Of a DNA stretch of 64,000 bases, positions 11,833 through 21,968 are shown in pieces (position 1 is the first letter of the stretch; each line of letters starts with the position of its first letter). A model generated the notes under the pieces. That model did not search any database. It saw only the letters and a program-made list of their open reading frames with translations, and was not told the origin of the DNA. The translations under genes were made by a program, and so were the position numbers. The stretch is from Methylococcaceae bacterium UBA2780 (GTDB taxonomy: Bacteria; Pseudomonadota; Gammaproteobacteria; Methylococcales; UBA2780). The stretch covers positions 13,028 through 77,027 of the forward strand of contig DEIG01000001.1 in the NCBI GenBank assembly GCA_002352345.1, written 5' to 3'.

Positions 11833-12294
11833 ATGAAAAAGAGTCCACGCAGTATTGAAAAACTAATTATATTTGCATGTCTTCTTTTGCCCTCTTTATC
11901 TGGCTTTTCTGCTCCCGCCTTTAAATACTCCGGCGAGCATGGTGAAACGGTTTACTCGCAAACACCCCCTAAAAACAGCAAAGCTGAACGGGTAACGGTT
12001 AAAAGCAAAAAAACCTCAAACAGCGCTAGACCGTCTGCCGTTGAAGTTCTAGAAAAATTCACCCGCGATAATGACGACAAACAACGAGCTGCTGACAAAG
12101 CAACCGAAGAAAAAAGGCTCTCTGCTATCAAAAAGAAAAACTGCGCTACAGCCAAACAGAATCTGGCCGTTTATGAAGGGCCAACCAATAGACTTGTTAA
12201 AGATAGTAGCGGGAACTACAAACGGCTAAATGAGGAAGAGCGTCAAGCCAACATTAAAGCTGCACGAAAAAACATAAAGGAATTTTGCAATTGA
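11833..12294 (+). CDS. DUF4124-like secreted protein
   Basis: Signal peptide MKKSPRSIEKLIIFACLLLPSLSGFSA, then YSGEHGETVYSQTPP, typical of DUF4124. I prefer the ATG at 11833 to the track start at 11803. Confidence 0.65.
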   Translation: MKKSPRSIEKLIIFACLLLPSLSGFSAPAFKYSGEHGETVYSQTPPKNSKAERVTVKSKKTSNSARPSAVEVLEKFTRDNDDKQRAADKATEEKRLSAIKKKNCATAKQNLAVYEGPTNRLVKDSSGNYKRLNEEERQANIKAARKNIKEFCN

Positions 12295-12351
12295 GATGGC
12301 AACCACGATTATTAGCTTTCATTTCAGCTGGGCTACCTAAATAATAGCGCT

Positions 12352-13968
12352 ATGAATTTTTTCAAATTTACCGTTCCGGCCCAAAGTTTGGTTCAAAATC
12401 CACAGTTGGAAACCAATCAAGCGAAAGTAAAAACGTGGGTCGAGCAACTACCCTATGCAGACCCTGTTCCGACAGCACGAACCCTACTAAATAGCGTTCA
12501 GATTCTTAATCGCAACCTCTGCCCTCTTAAAACGCGGCACCAACTTCTAGAGCACTATAGAAAAGCATACTGGGTGCTATACCAGTCGATGAGGATGCTA
12601 GCGCTCACCTCGACCACAACGGCCTACGGAAAAAAACAGGTCAACACAGACAAGCTGCTTAAAGCAATGACTCGCGAGTTTGCATTTGGCTATAAAATCA
12701 CCCTCAACGAGGTTCTTGATGGCAGCTCGCTTCGTGGTAAAAAGACAATTCTTCATTCCGCATTAATTCAGACCACGCAATTTCTCTCTCTTGAGCTCAT
12801 TACGGCTTACATGGATCACGCCCAATACCCAAGCCATCTCTGGCGAGAGCTTCATACGGCTTACCGCCTAGCAGAGCAAAGCGAACTAAATGAACGCAAA
12901 ATTGTGGAGGTACAAAACAATCAGTCCCGCTCTTTCAACATCTCACAGCTATACAAACAGTCCTGTCTTTTAGCTCTTCTTGACCCCTATCAGCACAATA
13001 GAGACGACTTATGGTCGATCCTTTATTACACGGATGATCTTGCAAGCAAGCTAGTAATCACTCCCTTCACAAGCAAAAACAGTAGTGATTACACTTTTAT
13101 GGTTAATTTGCTCGGGGAAAATCCGCCGACCATTATTTCCTCAAGCTTTTCAAATTTTGATGCCAACAACTATCGTCTACTTGATACCCGAGCGGTTGTA
13201 GAGGAGCTAAAAGTAAAATTACACTCACTAAATACTGGTGCCTTGCCACAGCTTCCTCACTTTACAGGGCGTCTCTCCAACCCCGAACAAATTGAATCTC
13301 TACTCGAATCCATGCGTGAACATTGGCGCACAAGCCCTCGCAGAAAGAGTCCTAGAGAACCTTCATCTAATAATGTTTGGCTCGGTGTTAGCCTTGAACC
13401 CATATTTAATCTATTGAACGAGGAATCTGCCGAAGAGGTAGAAAAAAGCAACGCACCCAACTCTCTCGACTATCTATTAAACGCGCACAAAGAAGAGAAT
13501 TCATCGCTCGTACGCTGCTCCCAAATCGACTCCTCTGAACAGGGAATTGGGTTAGAGGAAATACCACTCGAAACGCCGCTAATGCAAGTGGGTCAAATCA
13601 TCGCTTTTCACATTGGAAACCGTTATGCCCGAGAGGGGCTAACAATTGGCACGGTTCAGTGGATAAGAAAGCGAACAGCAACAACACTATCCGCCGGTAT
13701 AAAAACCATTTCAAGCCATCTTGGTTACTGCACACTGTCTTTGCCTGATGCTGAACAACAAAGTCAGCAACCGGCCATTATGCTGCAAAGTTTTTCCGCT
13801 TCGAAGCCCTCTCGTCAACTGCTCGTTCCACCTGGGAAGTATTTTCAGAACCAGCTAGCTGCCCTCCAATTCATGGGGCACTCTACCAACATTATTCTTA
13901 GTAAATCGGTAGAAAATAATCAATGGTTTGAGCGCTTCGAAATCACTCCCGCCTCTAAAGCTCAATAA
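12352..13968 (+). CDS. Hypothetical 538-aa protein with a candidate C-terminal PilZ (c-di-GMP-binding) domain
   Basis: Contains RRKSPR (RxxxR) and, about 60 aa later, IDSSEQG (DxSxxG). The N-terminal ~320 aa are unassigned. Confidence 0.45.
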   Translation: MNFFKFTVPAQSLVQNPQLETNQAKVKTWVEQLPYADPVPTARTLLNSVQILNRNLCPLKTRHQLLEHYRKAYWVLYQSMRMLALTSTTTAYGKKQVNTDKLLKAMTREFAFGYKITLNEVLDGSSLRGKKTILHSALIQTTQFLSLELITAYMDHAQYPSHLWRELHTAYRLAEQSELNERKIVEVQNNQSRSFNISQLYKQSCLLALLDPYQHNRDDLWSILYYTDDLASKLVITPFTSKNSSDYTFMVNLLGENPPTIISSSFSNFDANNYRLLDTRAVVEELKVKLHSLNTGALPQLPHFTGRLSNPEQIESLLESMREHWRTSPRRKSPREPSSNNVWLGVSLEPIFNLLNEESAEEVEKSNAPNSLDYLLNAHKEENSSLVRCSQIDSSEQGIGLEEIPLETPLMQVGQIIAFHIGNRYAREGLTIGTVQWIRKRTATTLSAGIKTISSHLGYCTLSLPDAEQQSQQPAIMLQSFSASKPSRQLLVPPGKYFQNQLAALQFMGHSTNIILSKSVENNQWFERFEITPASKAQ

Positions 13969-13992
13969 TAAAGGCACCTGAGGAGGCTATTT

Positions 13993-14991
13993 TTAACGAA
14001 AGGCCTCTTCGATTTGAACCCAAAGCAACTCCTGAACCGGCTCTTTCTCCATCATTATTTCATGTTTTGCCCCTTTAATATCTACCTGTTTGCAGCTAAC
14101 AATTTTTTCGCACAACTGACGAACAAGAGGTGGATTAATAACGCTATCGTCTTCTCCCAACAACACAGTTATCGGCATCTCAAGTCGTCTAACATACCCT
14201 TTCAGGTGGATCTGCCTCATCGAAGTAAAAGCAGCATTAAGCCAGCCAAATGTTGGACCACCTAATGCAAGATCAGGATTTGCTGTAACAGTTTTGGGCA
14301 AAACTGCAAAACGCTTTGCGTCGCTAGTTAAAACATTATTTTTTGAGTACACCCTTCCAGCATATGGCCCAGAACCAGGAAGATAGCTTTCCTCAAACCC
14401 CACCGAAACCGCTGTACTTGCAAACAGCTCAGCAACTTGTCGAGGCCAAGGTGCCGTATTGATCTCAAACATAGGGGAAACTAAAAGAGCCGCATCTAAA
14501 GTCACTTTTTCCTCAACCATGTACCTTAACGCAACATGCCCCCCTAACGAGTGAGCAATCAAATACCGTTTTCCATCTCCCGCCATTTTATGCCAAATTT
14601 TGCGGTCAAATTCGCCCAAATCCTCAATATATTCAGAGAAACTGTTGATATAACCTTTATGGGAATCATCTAACAGGCGACTCGATAAACCCTGCCCTCT
14701 CCAGTCAAAGGTAAAGACAGAAAACCCAGCTTGGGTCAGGCGATCGATCTGTTCAGCATACTTTTCAATATTTTCTGCACGGCCCTGTAATAGCAAAACA
14801 GAACCACGGATAGCGCCCTCTGCTGGAGAAGCGATTCTGTAGCGCAGCTCTATACCATCGCTTAACGCTAAATACCCTATTTCGTTAGTCAGACCAGCCA
14901 TAGCATTATTAATAACCAAACTGGATAACAAAAGAAACCCAAGTCCTAGCCATTTTGCCGACCTATATAGCGAACCACTATCGAGCCACAT
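13993..14991 (-). CDS. Secreted alpha/beta hydrolase (lysophospholipase/monoglyceride lipase-like)
   Basis: Signal-like N-terminus, nucleophile elbow AHSLGG, and C-terminal GAKHEIM (catalytic His). Confidence 0.75.
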   Translation of the reverse strand: MWLDSGSLYRSAKWLGLGFLLLSSLVINNAMAGLTNEIGYLALSDGIELRYRIASPAEGAIRGSVLLLQGRAENIEKYAEQIDRLTQAGFSVFTFDWRGQGLSSRLLDDSHKGYINSFSEYIEDLGEFDRKIWHKMAGDGKRYLIAHSLGGHVALRYMVEEKVTLDAALLVSPMFEINTAPWPRQVAELFASTAVSVGFEESYLPGSGPYAGRVYSKNNVLTSDAKRFAVLPKTVTANPDLALGGPTFGWLNAAFTSMRQIHLKGYVRRLEMPITVLLGEDDSVINPPLVRQLCEKIVSCKQVDIKGAKHEIMMEKEPVQELLWVQIEEAFR

Positions 14992-15256
14992 CTAAAAATT
15001 TCCCCTTTTCTCAAGCGACGGTATTACTATTCAGTATATATCAGCCCTATATGAAGGGTAATCTGATTAAATCTGGTTAACTTTAGGCTGTGATGAAATG
15101 GCTCCAAACCTCAGCCAGCATATAACAATCGCGGCTTGATCAGGGGCTCCTCAATACCGGCGCTCATGCGCAAACACTATTTAAAGGATAGGGAAATTTT
15201 TCACCACTTTATGCGGTCGTATATTTAACCTCCTAAAAAACAACCAAGGAACACAA

Positions 15257-15847
15257 ATGTCCGTCATTAAAAAATCTCAAGATCTACTTGATGCAACCCG
15301 AGCTGTCGACTTCCTCGGGCCGCTTGCCCTTAGGGCTTACCTGGTTCCAATTTTTTGGATGGCTGGCACAAAAAAAATGTCCGCCTTCTCAGACACAGCC
15401 GCTTGGTTTGGCAACCCAGATTGGGGCTTAGGTCTACCTTTTCCTGAAGTAATGGCAGCACTAGCAACTGGTACAGAGGTAATTGGTGCAATATTACTTG
15501 CACTTGGGTTGGCCACCCGCTGGATTACCATTCCTCTTATGGTGACAATGCTTGTTGCCATCATTAAAGTCCATCTAGCAAATGGCTGGCTTGCCATTGC
15601 TGAGGGAAACGGTCTGTTTGCCACCGAACGAACGATTGAGGCAACAGAGAGATTAGGTCGGGCGAAAGAGATTCTGCAAGAGCACGGAAACTACCAATGG
15701 CTGACCGAAAAAGGGAGTATTGTTATCCTCAATAATGGCATTGAGTTCGGCATGACCTACTTCATCATGTTGCTTGCCCTATTTTTTATCGGTGGAGGCA
15801 AGTACCTCAGCGTTGACTATTGGGTAAAACGACACTACAAAGGCTAA
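15257..15847 (+). CDS. DoxX-family membrane protein
   Basis: LALRAYLVPIFWMAGTKK...EVIGAILLALGLATRW... is typical of DoxX. It carries a ~50-aa soluble insertion before the last TM. Confidence 0.7.
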   Translation: MSVIKKSQDLLDATRAVDFLGPLALRAYLVPIFWMAGTKKMSAFSDTAAWFGNPDWGLGLPFPEVMAALATGTEVIGAILLALGLATRWITIPLMVTMLVAIIKVHLANGWLAIAEGNGLFATERTIEATERLGRAKEILQEHGNYQWLTEKGSIVILNNGIEFGMTYFIMLLALFFIGGGKYLSVDYWVKRHYKG

Positions 15848-17349
15848 TGGAAAACAGATCAAACGGGCTAGAACAATTTATCCTCACCAGCTTGGAGGTG
15901 ATGGCTGGGCTATTCATTCTAGCGATTGGCGCAGCCACTTTAGCGGCACTGTTTATCTACGTTAAAGATCGCAGCCAGACCGTATCAACCGTTCGCAGAA
16001 ATTTCCCCCTAATAGGGCGCTTTCGATACCTTTTCGAAGAACTTGGTGAATTTTTTCGCCAATACTTCTTCTCCATGGATAGAGAGGAGATGCCATTTAA
16101 CAGAGCACAACGCTCGTGGGCTTACCGCGCTGCAAAAAAGGTCGATGTCACTGTCGCCTTTGGCTCAACCAAAGATTTGCGTCCAGAAGGAACCATTCTT
16201 TTTGTCAATTCTGCATTTCCAACACTTGATAAAGATGCCGTTACACCACCCCCACTGATCATCGGTCCTTATTGCAAGAACCCGTACGAAGCACACTCAA
16301 TATTCAATATTTCCGGGATGAGCTATGGCGCTCTTTCAAAACCAGCCATACTGGCGTTATCCCAAGGAGCAAAAAGCGCCTGCTGCTGGATGAATACAGG
16401 AGAAGGGGGGCTTTCGCCGGCTCACCTCGAAGGGGGCAGCGACATCGTCTTTCAGGTTGGCACCGCCAAATACGGGGTCCGCGATAAGAATGGCAACCTA
16501 AGCAATGAAAAGCTAAGAAAGATTGCTTCCTATCCACAAGTAAAAATGTTCGAGCTAAAGTTAAGTCAAGGTGCCAAACCCGGCAAAGGTGGAATACTGC
16601 CAGCCATAAAGGTGACGAAAGAGATTGCCGAAATTAGAGGCATTCCCGCAGGAGAAGCCTCTATTAGCCCAAACCGCCACCCCGAAATCAGCAATATCCA
16701 CGAGCTGCTGGACATGGTCAACCATATCCGTGACGTTACCTGCAAACCTACTGGGTTTAAGACAGTTATTAGTGGTGATGATTGGCTCGAGGCGCTATGT
16801 GAAGAGATATTAAAAAGAGGTATCGAATCGGCACCCGACTTTATCACCGTCGATGGTTCAGATGGCGGCACTGGCGCAGCACCCATGCCGTTAATGGATG
16901 ATGTTGGGCTTCCTCTAATCGAGAGCCTACCAATTCTGGTCGACCTGCTCGCCCGTTACAATCTAAACGAACGGATCAAAGTGATTGCCTCCGGTAAGCT
17001 CATTACTCCAGATAAAGTCGCTTGGGCTCTAGCAATGGGTGCTGATTTTGTCGTTTCTGCTCGCGGCTTCATGTTTGCACTCGGCTGCATTCAGGCGATG
17101 CAGTGCAATAAGAATAGTTGTCCTACCGGCATTACAACACATAATCCAGAGCTGCAGCATGGGCTTGTCCCAGCCAAAAAATCGGTAAGAGTTGCCAACT
17201 ATCAAAAAAAGGTCGAATACGGTGTAGGGCTAATTGCACATTCTTGTGGTGTAGCCGAGCCTCGAGAGCTGAAGAGAGAGCATGCTCGGATGGTCGTAGG
17301 GCCAGGTAAATCCATCCCTCTCAATGAGCTATATCCACCCGTTAATTAG
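15847..17349 (+). CDS. Membrane-anchored FMN-binding glutamate synthase (GltB domain 2)-family protein
   Basis: N-terminal TM (LEVMAGLFILAIGAATLAALFIYV), then SGMSYGALS...GEGG...QGAKPGKGG...DGSDGGTGAAP motifs of the GltS FMN domain. The ATG overlaps the DoxX stop (TAATG). Confidence 0.8.
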   Translation: MENRSNGLEQFILTSLEVMAGLFILAIGAATLAALFIYVKDRSQTVSTVRRNFPLIGRFRYLFEELGEFFRQYFFSMDREEMPFNRAQRSWAYRAAKKVDVTVAFGSTKDLRPEGTILFVNSAFPTLDKDAVTPPPLIIGPYCKNPYEAHSIFNISGMSYGALSKPAILALSQGAKSACCWMNTGEGGLSPAHLEGGSDIVFQVGTAKYGVRDKNGNLSNEKLRKIASYPQVKMFELKLSQGAKPGKGGILPAIKVTKEIAEIRGIPAGEASISPNRHPEISNIHELLDMVNHIRDVTCKPTGFKTVISGDDWLEALCEEILKRGIESAPDFITVDGSDGGTGAAPMPLMDDVGLPLIESLPILVDLLARYNLNERIKVIASGKLITPDKVAWALAMGADFVVSARGFMFALGCIQAMQCNKNSCPTGITTHNPELQHGLVPAKKSVRVANYQKKVEYGVGLIAHSCGVAEPRELKREHARMVVGPGKSIPLNELYPPVN

Positions 17350-17710
17350 GATTCAGTTCGCCATCAAGATAGCGCCACTCACCATCCTCTCTAATAAATC
17401 GGCTTTTTTCGTGCATCTTTTCAGCTTTTCCATTCACTTTATAACGGGCAATAAATTCGACCGTAGATTCGGTTGAACCAATAATCTTCAAGCCTCTCCA
17501 TTGTGGTGAATCTGACAAACTCAATGTAGCTGGACGCGTTGATGAGTGCCATGTTTTTAGCAGATACCCCTCTTCACCCAAAACATAGGCGCAATAGCGT
17601 GAACGCATCAGTTGCTCAGCTGTTCCTGCCAAAGCTTCCCCAAAGATTAATTGCCCACAGCACGCATTAGACAATTTCCCTGAACCACATGGACAAAGCG
17701 CATTAACCAT
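17342..17710 (-). CDS. ychJ: YchJ-family protein (SEC-C motif, UPF0225)
   Basis: CPCGSGKLSNACCG at the N-terminus; 122 aa. Confidence 0.8.
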   Translation of the reverse strand: MVNALCPCGSGKLSNACCGQLIFGEALAGTAEQLMRSRYCAYVLGEEGYLLKTWHSSTRPATLSLSDSPQWRGLKIIGSTESTVEFIARYKVNGKAEKMHEKSRFIREDGEWRYLDGELNPN

Positions 17711-18080
17711 CTATTAGGTGTTCGAGAGAAATCAGCAGCCATGTCAGCGCAGTTAAGGTAGTTGCGAATAACACTGCTGCCGAGGCGATATCCTTCGCCC
17801 GTCCAGACAACTCATGCCGCTCTATGCCGATACGATCTATCGCCACCTCAACAGCCGAGTTGAGCAATTCAACAATCATCAACATAATCAGGCTTCCCAC
17901 TAGTAGCAACTGTTCAACAGCACCATCACCGAGCCAAAACCCAAGCGGCGCACCGATGAGAAATAACGAAGCCTCTTGCCTGAACGCCTCTTCATGCTGC
18001 CAAGCGGCCTTTAAACCCGCCATTGAGTTTGACCATGCCGCAGTTAGCCTTGCTATCCCCTTTAAGTTTTGCCCAGCCAT
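17703..18080 (-). CDS. dgkA: Diacylglycerol kinase
   Basis: AFRQE...MIVELLNSAVEVAIDRIG...HELSGRAKDIASAAV aligns with E. coli DgkA. I prefer the start at MAGQNLKG (18080) to the track start at 18113. Confidence 0.9.
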   Translation of the reverse strand: MAGQNLKGIARLTAAWSNSMAGLKAAWQHEEAFRQEASLFLIGAPLGFWLGDGAVEQLLLVGSLIMLMIVELLNSAVEVAIDRIGIERHELSGRAKDIASAAVLFATTLTALTWLLISLEHLIDG

Positions 18081-18100
18081 CGCTCTTCCTTTGTCTTGTC

Positions 18101-19546
18101 TTACCCTTTCCAAGCCAGATCCAGCTCTCTCGCAGCTTTCACATCATCAAGACGGCGGACAGGCAGACTATATGGCGCCCCTTTCAAAGTCTCCACATCC
18201 TCTTCTGCCTCGGCCTGAATCTTGATCATCACATCAATAAAACCATCAAGCGTCTCAATACTTTCCGTTTCAGTTGGCTCAATCAACAGACATTCTGGAA
18301 TCAACAGTGGGAAATAGGTCGTCGGCGCGTGAAAACCATAATCAAGCAGTCGCTTTGCAAAATCCATCGCCGTCGCCCCCTGCTCTTTTGCCTGCCGCTT
18401 CATCGTAAGAATAAACTCGTGCGTCGCTCTACGCTCGGGATAGGCCGCATCAAAACCGGCCTCCATGAAACGTTTCAACATATAGTTTGCGTTTAGGGCC
18501 GAGTAATCCGCAACACGGTGCAGCCCATCACGCCCCAGCAACCTTGCATAGATATAGGCACGGAGCAAAACGCCGGCGTTGCCCGCAAATGCTGAAAGAC
18601 GGCCAATACTCTGCGGACAATCTTTTTCAGTCAACCAACGATAACCCTCATCATCTTTGCCAACCATTGGAATAGGGAGAAAGGGAATCAAACGCTCACT
18701 CACCCCAACCGGACCAGCACCCGGACCTCCACCACCGTGTGGCGTGGAGAAGGTTTTATGCAGGTTCATATGAATCACATCAAAACCCATATCCCCCGGT
18801 CTTACTTTACCGAGAATCGCATTCAAGTTGGCGCCATCGTAATAGAGCAAACCGCCCGCATCGTGCATAATCTTTGCGATCTCCTCGATACTACGCTCAA
18901 ACACCCCCACAGTTGAAGGGTTTGTCAGCATAATTCCCGCTGTTTGCGGTCCCACAACAGCCTTAAGTGCTTCGACATCCACATCACCATCCGCACCGGT
19001 TGGGATTTCACGCACCTTGTAACCACACATCACCGCAGAGGCCGGATTTGTCCCGTGCGCCGCATCAGGGACCAGAATTTCCTGACGCGCATCATCACCA
19101 CGCGACTCGTGATAGGCACGAATCATCGCCACACCGGCAAATTCACCTTGCGCACCAGCGGCAGGTGTTAGCGAAACCGCCTTCATACCGGTGATCTCTT
19201 TTAGCATCTCTTGGAGATCATGCATGCAGGAAAGAAAGCCTTGCCCGTGTGATGCAACACCGTGCGGATGACGTCCCATAAAACCCGGCAATTTCGCCAA
19301 CGTATTACAAACACGCGGGTTGTACTTCATCGTGCAAGAGCCTAGAGGGTAAAATTCGGTATCAATCGAAAAGTTCTTTTGAGAAAGGCGTGTATAGTGG
19401 CGCACCACATCCATCTCTGAAACTTCAGGCAGTCCTGGCTGCTCCTTGCGCAGAAATTTTTCCGGCAGATCAATCGCATCACCGCTTGCATGCGGCATTT
19501 GAGCTGTCGACTGGCGGCCTTTGTGTGAATGTTCAAAAATCAGCAT
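18101..19546 (-). CDS. gcvPB: Glycine dehydrogenase (decarboxylating) subunit 2
   Basis: 481 aa, [19 protein letters not shown], the PLP-lysine region of the split P-protein. Confidence 0.95.
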   Translation of the reverse strand: MLIFEHSHKGRQSTAQMPHASGDAIDLPEKFLRKEQPGLPEVSEMDVVRHYTRLSQKNFSIDTEFYPLGSCTMKYNPRVCNTLAKLPGFMGRHPHGVASHGQGFLSCMHDLQEMLKEITGMKAVSLTPAAGAQGEFAGVAMIRAYHESRGDDARQEILVPDAAHGTNPASAVMCGYKVREIPTGADGDVDVEALKAVVGPQTAGIMLTNPSTVGVFERSIEEIAKIMHDAGGLLYYDGANLNAILGKVRPGDMGFDVIHMNLHKTFSTPHGGGGPGAGPVGVSERLIPFLPIPMVGKDDEGYRWLTEKDCPQSIGRLSAFAGNAGVLLRAYIYARLLGRDGLHRVADYSALNANYMLKRFMEAGFDAAYPERRATHEFILTMKRQAKEQGATAMDFAKRLLDYGFHAPTTYFPLLIPECLLIEPTETESIETLDGFIDVMIKIQAEAEEDVETLKGAPYSLPVRRLDDVKAARELDLAWKG

Positions 19547-19550
19547 TTTT

Positions 19551-20063
19551 TCAATCCTCTACTACAGCAGCCAATGCCGCATCAAAATCGGGTTCGCTCG
19601 CGATATCATCGGTCAATCTCGCAAAAACAATATTGTTCGCCTCATCCAGAACCAGCAATGCTCTTGCCAACAAACCGGCCAATGGCCCCTCTGAAATCAG
19701 CAGTCCATAGTCTGTGGCAAACTGAGCAGAGCGCATCGTTGAGAGTGGCACCAAGTTTTTCAACTTTTCAGAACCACAGAAACGGCCCATGGCGAAGGGC
19801 AAGTCAGCCGAAACCACCAAAACAGCAAGATCGGGGGATTTAGCCGCCAATTCATTTAGTTTCTTAGTCGTTGTCGCACAAACTGGCGTATCAAGACTCG
19901 GCACACTGTAAATCAGTTTCTTCCTGCCAGAAAAGGTCTGAAGAGAGACATCTTTGAGTTTTTTGTTAACCAAGAGAAAGTCCAAGGCCTGACCACCCAC
20001 CTCTGGAAACTCACCAGACAGCGCAACCGCCTTACCCTGCAAAAGTACACTAGCCATTTTCAA
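19551..20063 (-). CDS. tpx: Thiol peroxidase (atypical 2-Cys peroxiredoxin Tpx)
   Basis: [11 protein letters not shown] (peroxidatic Cys) and GRFCGSE (resolving Cys) align with E. coli Tpx along its whole length. Confidence 0.9.
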   Translation of the reverse strand: MKMASVLLQGKAVALSGEFPEVGGQALDFLLVNKKLKDVSLQTFSGRKKLIYSVPSLDTPVCATTTKKLNELAAKSPDLAVLVVSADLPFAMGRFCGSEKLKNLVPLSTMRSAQFATDYGLLISEGPLAGLLARALLVLDEANNIVFARLTDDIASEPDFDAALAAVVED

Positions 20064-21414
20064 GAATATCCTCTAGCTGCGCCGCGTAATAAGAAAAATC
20101 GTTCTCGTTGCGTGTTTCCGTTGCACAAACCAGCAACGCATTGCCCAGCTCTGGATAATCTTCGCTCAGGTCATAACCACCCAGAATATTACGATCCGCA
20201 AGCGCCTCTAGCACCTCGGAAACTGGCCGGTCCAAACGCAACACTGACTCATGAAAAGCCGGGTTATCAAATAATTTCTCGACCCCATTGAGTGCCGATA
20301 ACTTTTCAACCAAACGATTAAGATTACGATAACAACTTGTCGCAACACGTTTTAGCCCTTCTGGCCCAAGCAGCGACATATAAATCGTCGCTGCCGTAAC
20401 TAAAAGCCCCTGATTTGTGCAGATATTTGAGGTCGCTTTGGAGCGGCGGATATGTTGCTCTCTCGCTTGAAGCGTCAAGGTATAACCTCGCTTCCCTTCC
20501 AAATCGACCGTCGCACCGATAATTCGCCCTGGCATTTGTCGCACATGCTTCTGTCGGCAGCACATAAAGCCAAAATAGGGGCCACCTGAAGCCAGCGGCG
20601 CTCCTAATGGCTGTCCTTCACCACAGGCTATATCAACGCCCGATTCGCCCCACTCACCCGGGGGTGCTAGCAGCCCCAGCGCAACCGGGTTAACCACTGC
20701 AATGGAAAGTGCCCCATTTTGAGCAGCCCAATCACTCAGTGCATCAACATCCTCTAGCAAGCCAAAGAAGTTAGCTTGAGGAATTACCAACGCAGCCACA
20801 TCCTCACCAACCCATGCTTCCAAAGAAGAAAGATCCGTTAGACCGGTTTCTAGATCGAAAGGCAGCTCAACAAGTTCAATCTTCTGATTCTTAACGGTTG
20901 CCTCAACCACCTTGCGATAAACAGGATTTAATGAGCGAGGAATCAGGATTCGGCGTGATTTTGATTTGCGATTGGCACGAACCGCCATCAATACCGCTTC
21001 TGCCAATGCCGATGCGCCGTCATACAGCGATGCATTAGAAACATCCATCGCCAGCAGGCGTGTCATCATCGTCTGGAACTCGTAGAGCAGCTGCAATGTA
21101 CCCTGACTTGCCTCTGCCTGATAAGGGGTATACGCACTATAGAACTCGCCCCGCGTGGCAATTTCCCAAACTGCAGCAGGAATATGATGCTCATATGCAC
21201 CTGCCCCAACAAAACAGAGTGGCTGCCCATCAAGATTTGCACGGAGTGACATAAACTGGCTCACTTCCATCTCATTCATCCCATCGGGAATCCCTTTCAG
21301 ATCACCACAACGAAGATTTTTGGGAATCTCATCAAACAGCGCTTCAATCGATTCTGCACCAATTGTAGCGAGCATTTTTTCTACATCATTTTCGGTATGC
21401 GGTATAAATGGCAT
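20050..21414 (-). CDS. gcvPA: Glycine dehydrogenase (decarboxylating) subunit 1
   Basis: 454 aa, [15 protein letters not shown]...[14 protein letters not shown]. Confidence 0.95.
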   Translation of the reverse strand: MPFIPHTENDVEKMLATIGAESIEALFDEIPKNLRCGDLKGIPDGMNEMEVSQFMSLRANLDGQPLCFVGAGAYEHHIPAAVWEIATRGEFYSAYTPYQAEASQGTLQLLYEFQTMMTRLLAMDVSNASLYDGASALAEAVLMAVRANRKSKSRRILIPRSLNPVYRKVVEATVKNQKIELVELPFDLETGLTDLSSLEAWVGEDVAALVIPQANFFGLLEDVDALSDWAAQNGALSIAVVNPVALGLLAPPGEWGESGVDIACGEGQPLGAPLASGGPYFGFMCCRQKHVRQMPGRIIGATVDLEGKRGYTLTLQAREQHIRRSKATSNICTNQGLLVTAATIYMSLLGPEGLKRVATSCYRNLNRLVEKLSALNGVEKLFDNPAFHESVLRLDRPVSEVLEALADRNILGGYDLSEDYPELGNALLVCATETRNENDFSYYAAQLEDILENG

Positions 21415-21570
21415 CTCTGTGTACCTGATTTAATACTTTAACGTTTCAGCACGAAGTCCGTGGCTGGACAAAGCGCAGCGTGCCCAACAAAAATGGGCCT
21501 TCCTAACAAAAACTTCTGGGCATGCCGCTCTCGCTTCTTTGCCCAACCTACAATTTTTTCGTAATAAAAC

Positions 21571-21957
21571 TTAGTGGTCGTCTGCGATTGCTTCGTAACC
21601 CGCAGCATCCAGCAGCTGATCTAATTCTGAAACATCTGATGGCTTAACGATAAAAATCCAGTTTGCGTAGGCATCCTCATTGATCGCCTCGGGTGAATCG
21701 GATAGCGCTTCATTAACGGCAACAATCTCACCCGAAACAGGGCTATATATATCAGAAGCAGCTTTAACTGATTCAACAACCGCACAATCACCACCGGCTT
21801 CAACCTCTGCACCCACTTCTGGCAACTCGACGAAAACGATATCACCCAACGCCTCTTGTGCGTGATCAGATATGCCAACGCGAACCGTACCGTCCTCTTC
21901 TAATTTTGCCCACTCATGGCTTTTTGCATATTTTAAATCTGCTGGAGTGTTATTCAT
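21571..21957 (-). CDS. gcvH: Glycine cleavage system H protein
   Basis: VESVKAASD is the lipoyl-lysine motif; 128 aa. Confidence 0.97.
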   Translation of the reverse strand: MNNTPADLKYAKSHEWAKLEEDGTVRVGISDHAQEALGDIVFVELPEVGAEVEAGGDCAVVESVKAASDIYSPVSGEIVAVNEALSDSPEAINEDAYANWIFIVKPSDVSELDQLLDAAGYEAIADDH

Positions 21958-21968
21958 CTTTTTATCCT

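Noticed and set aside
17824-18496. Long antisense ORFs (133 and 157 aa) opposite dgkA and gcvPB, and similar antisense ORFs opposite ilvI, gcvPA, polA, uvrD, oadB and other genes
   Set aside because: Each lies opposite a gene with an unambiguous conserved protein product. They are Ser/Pro/Arg-rich and typical of shadow ORFs.
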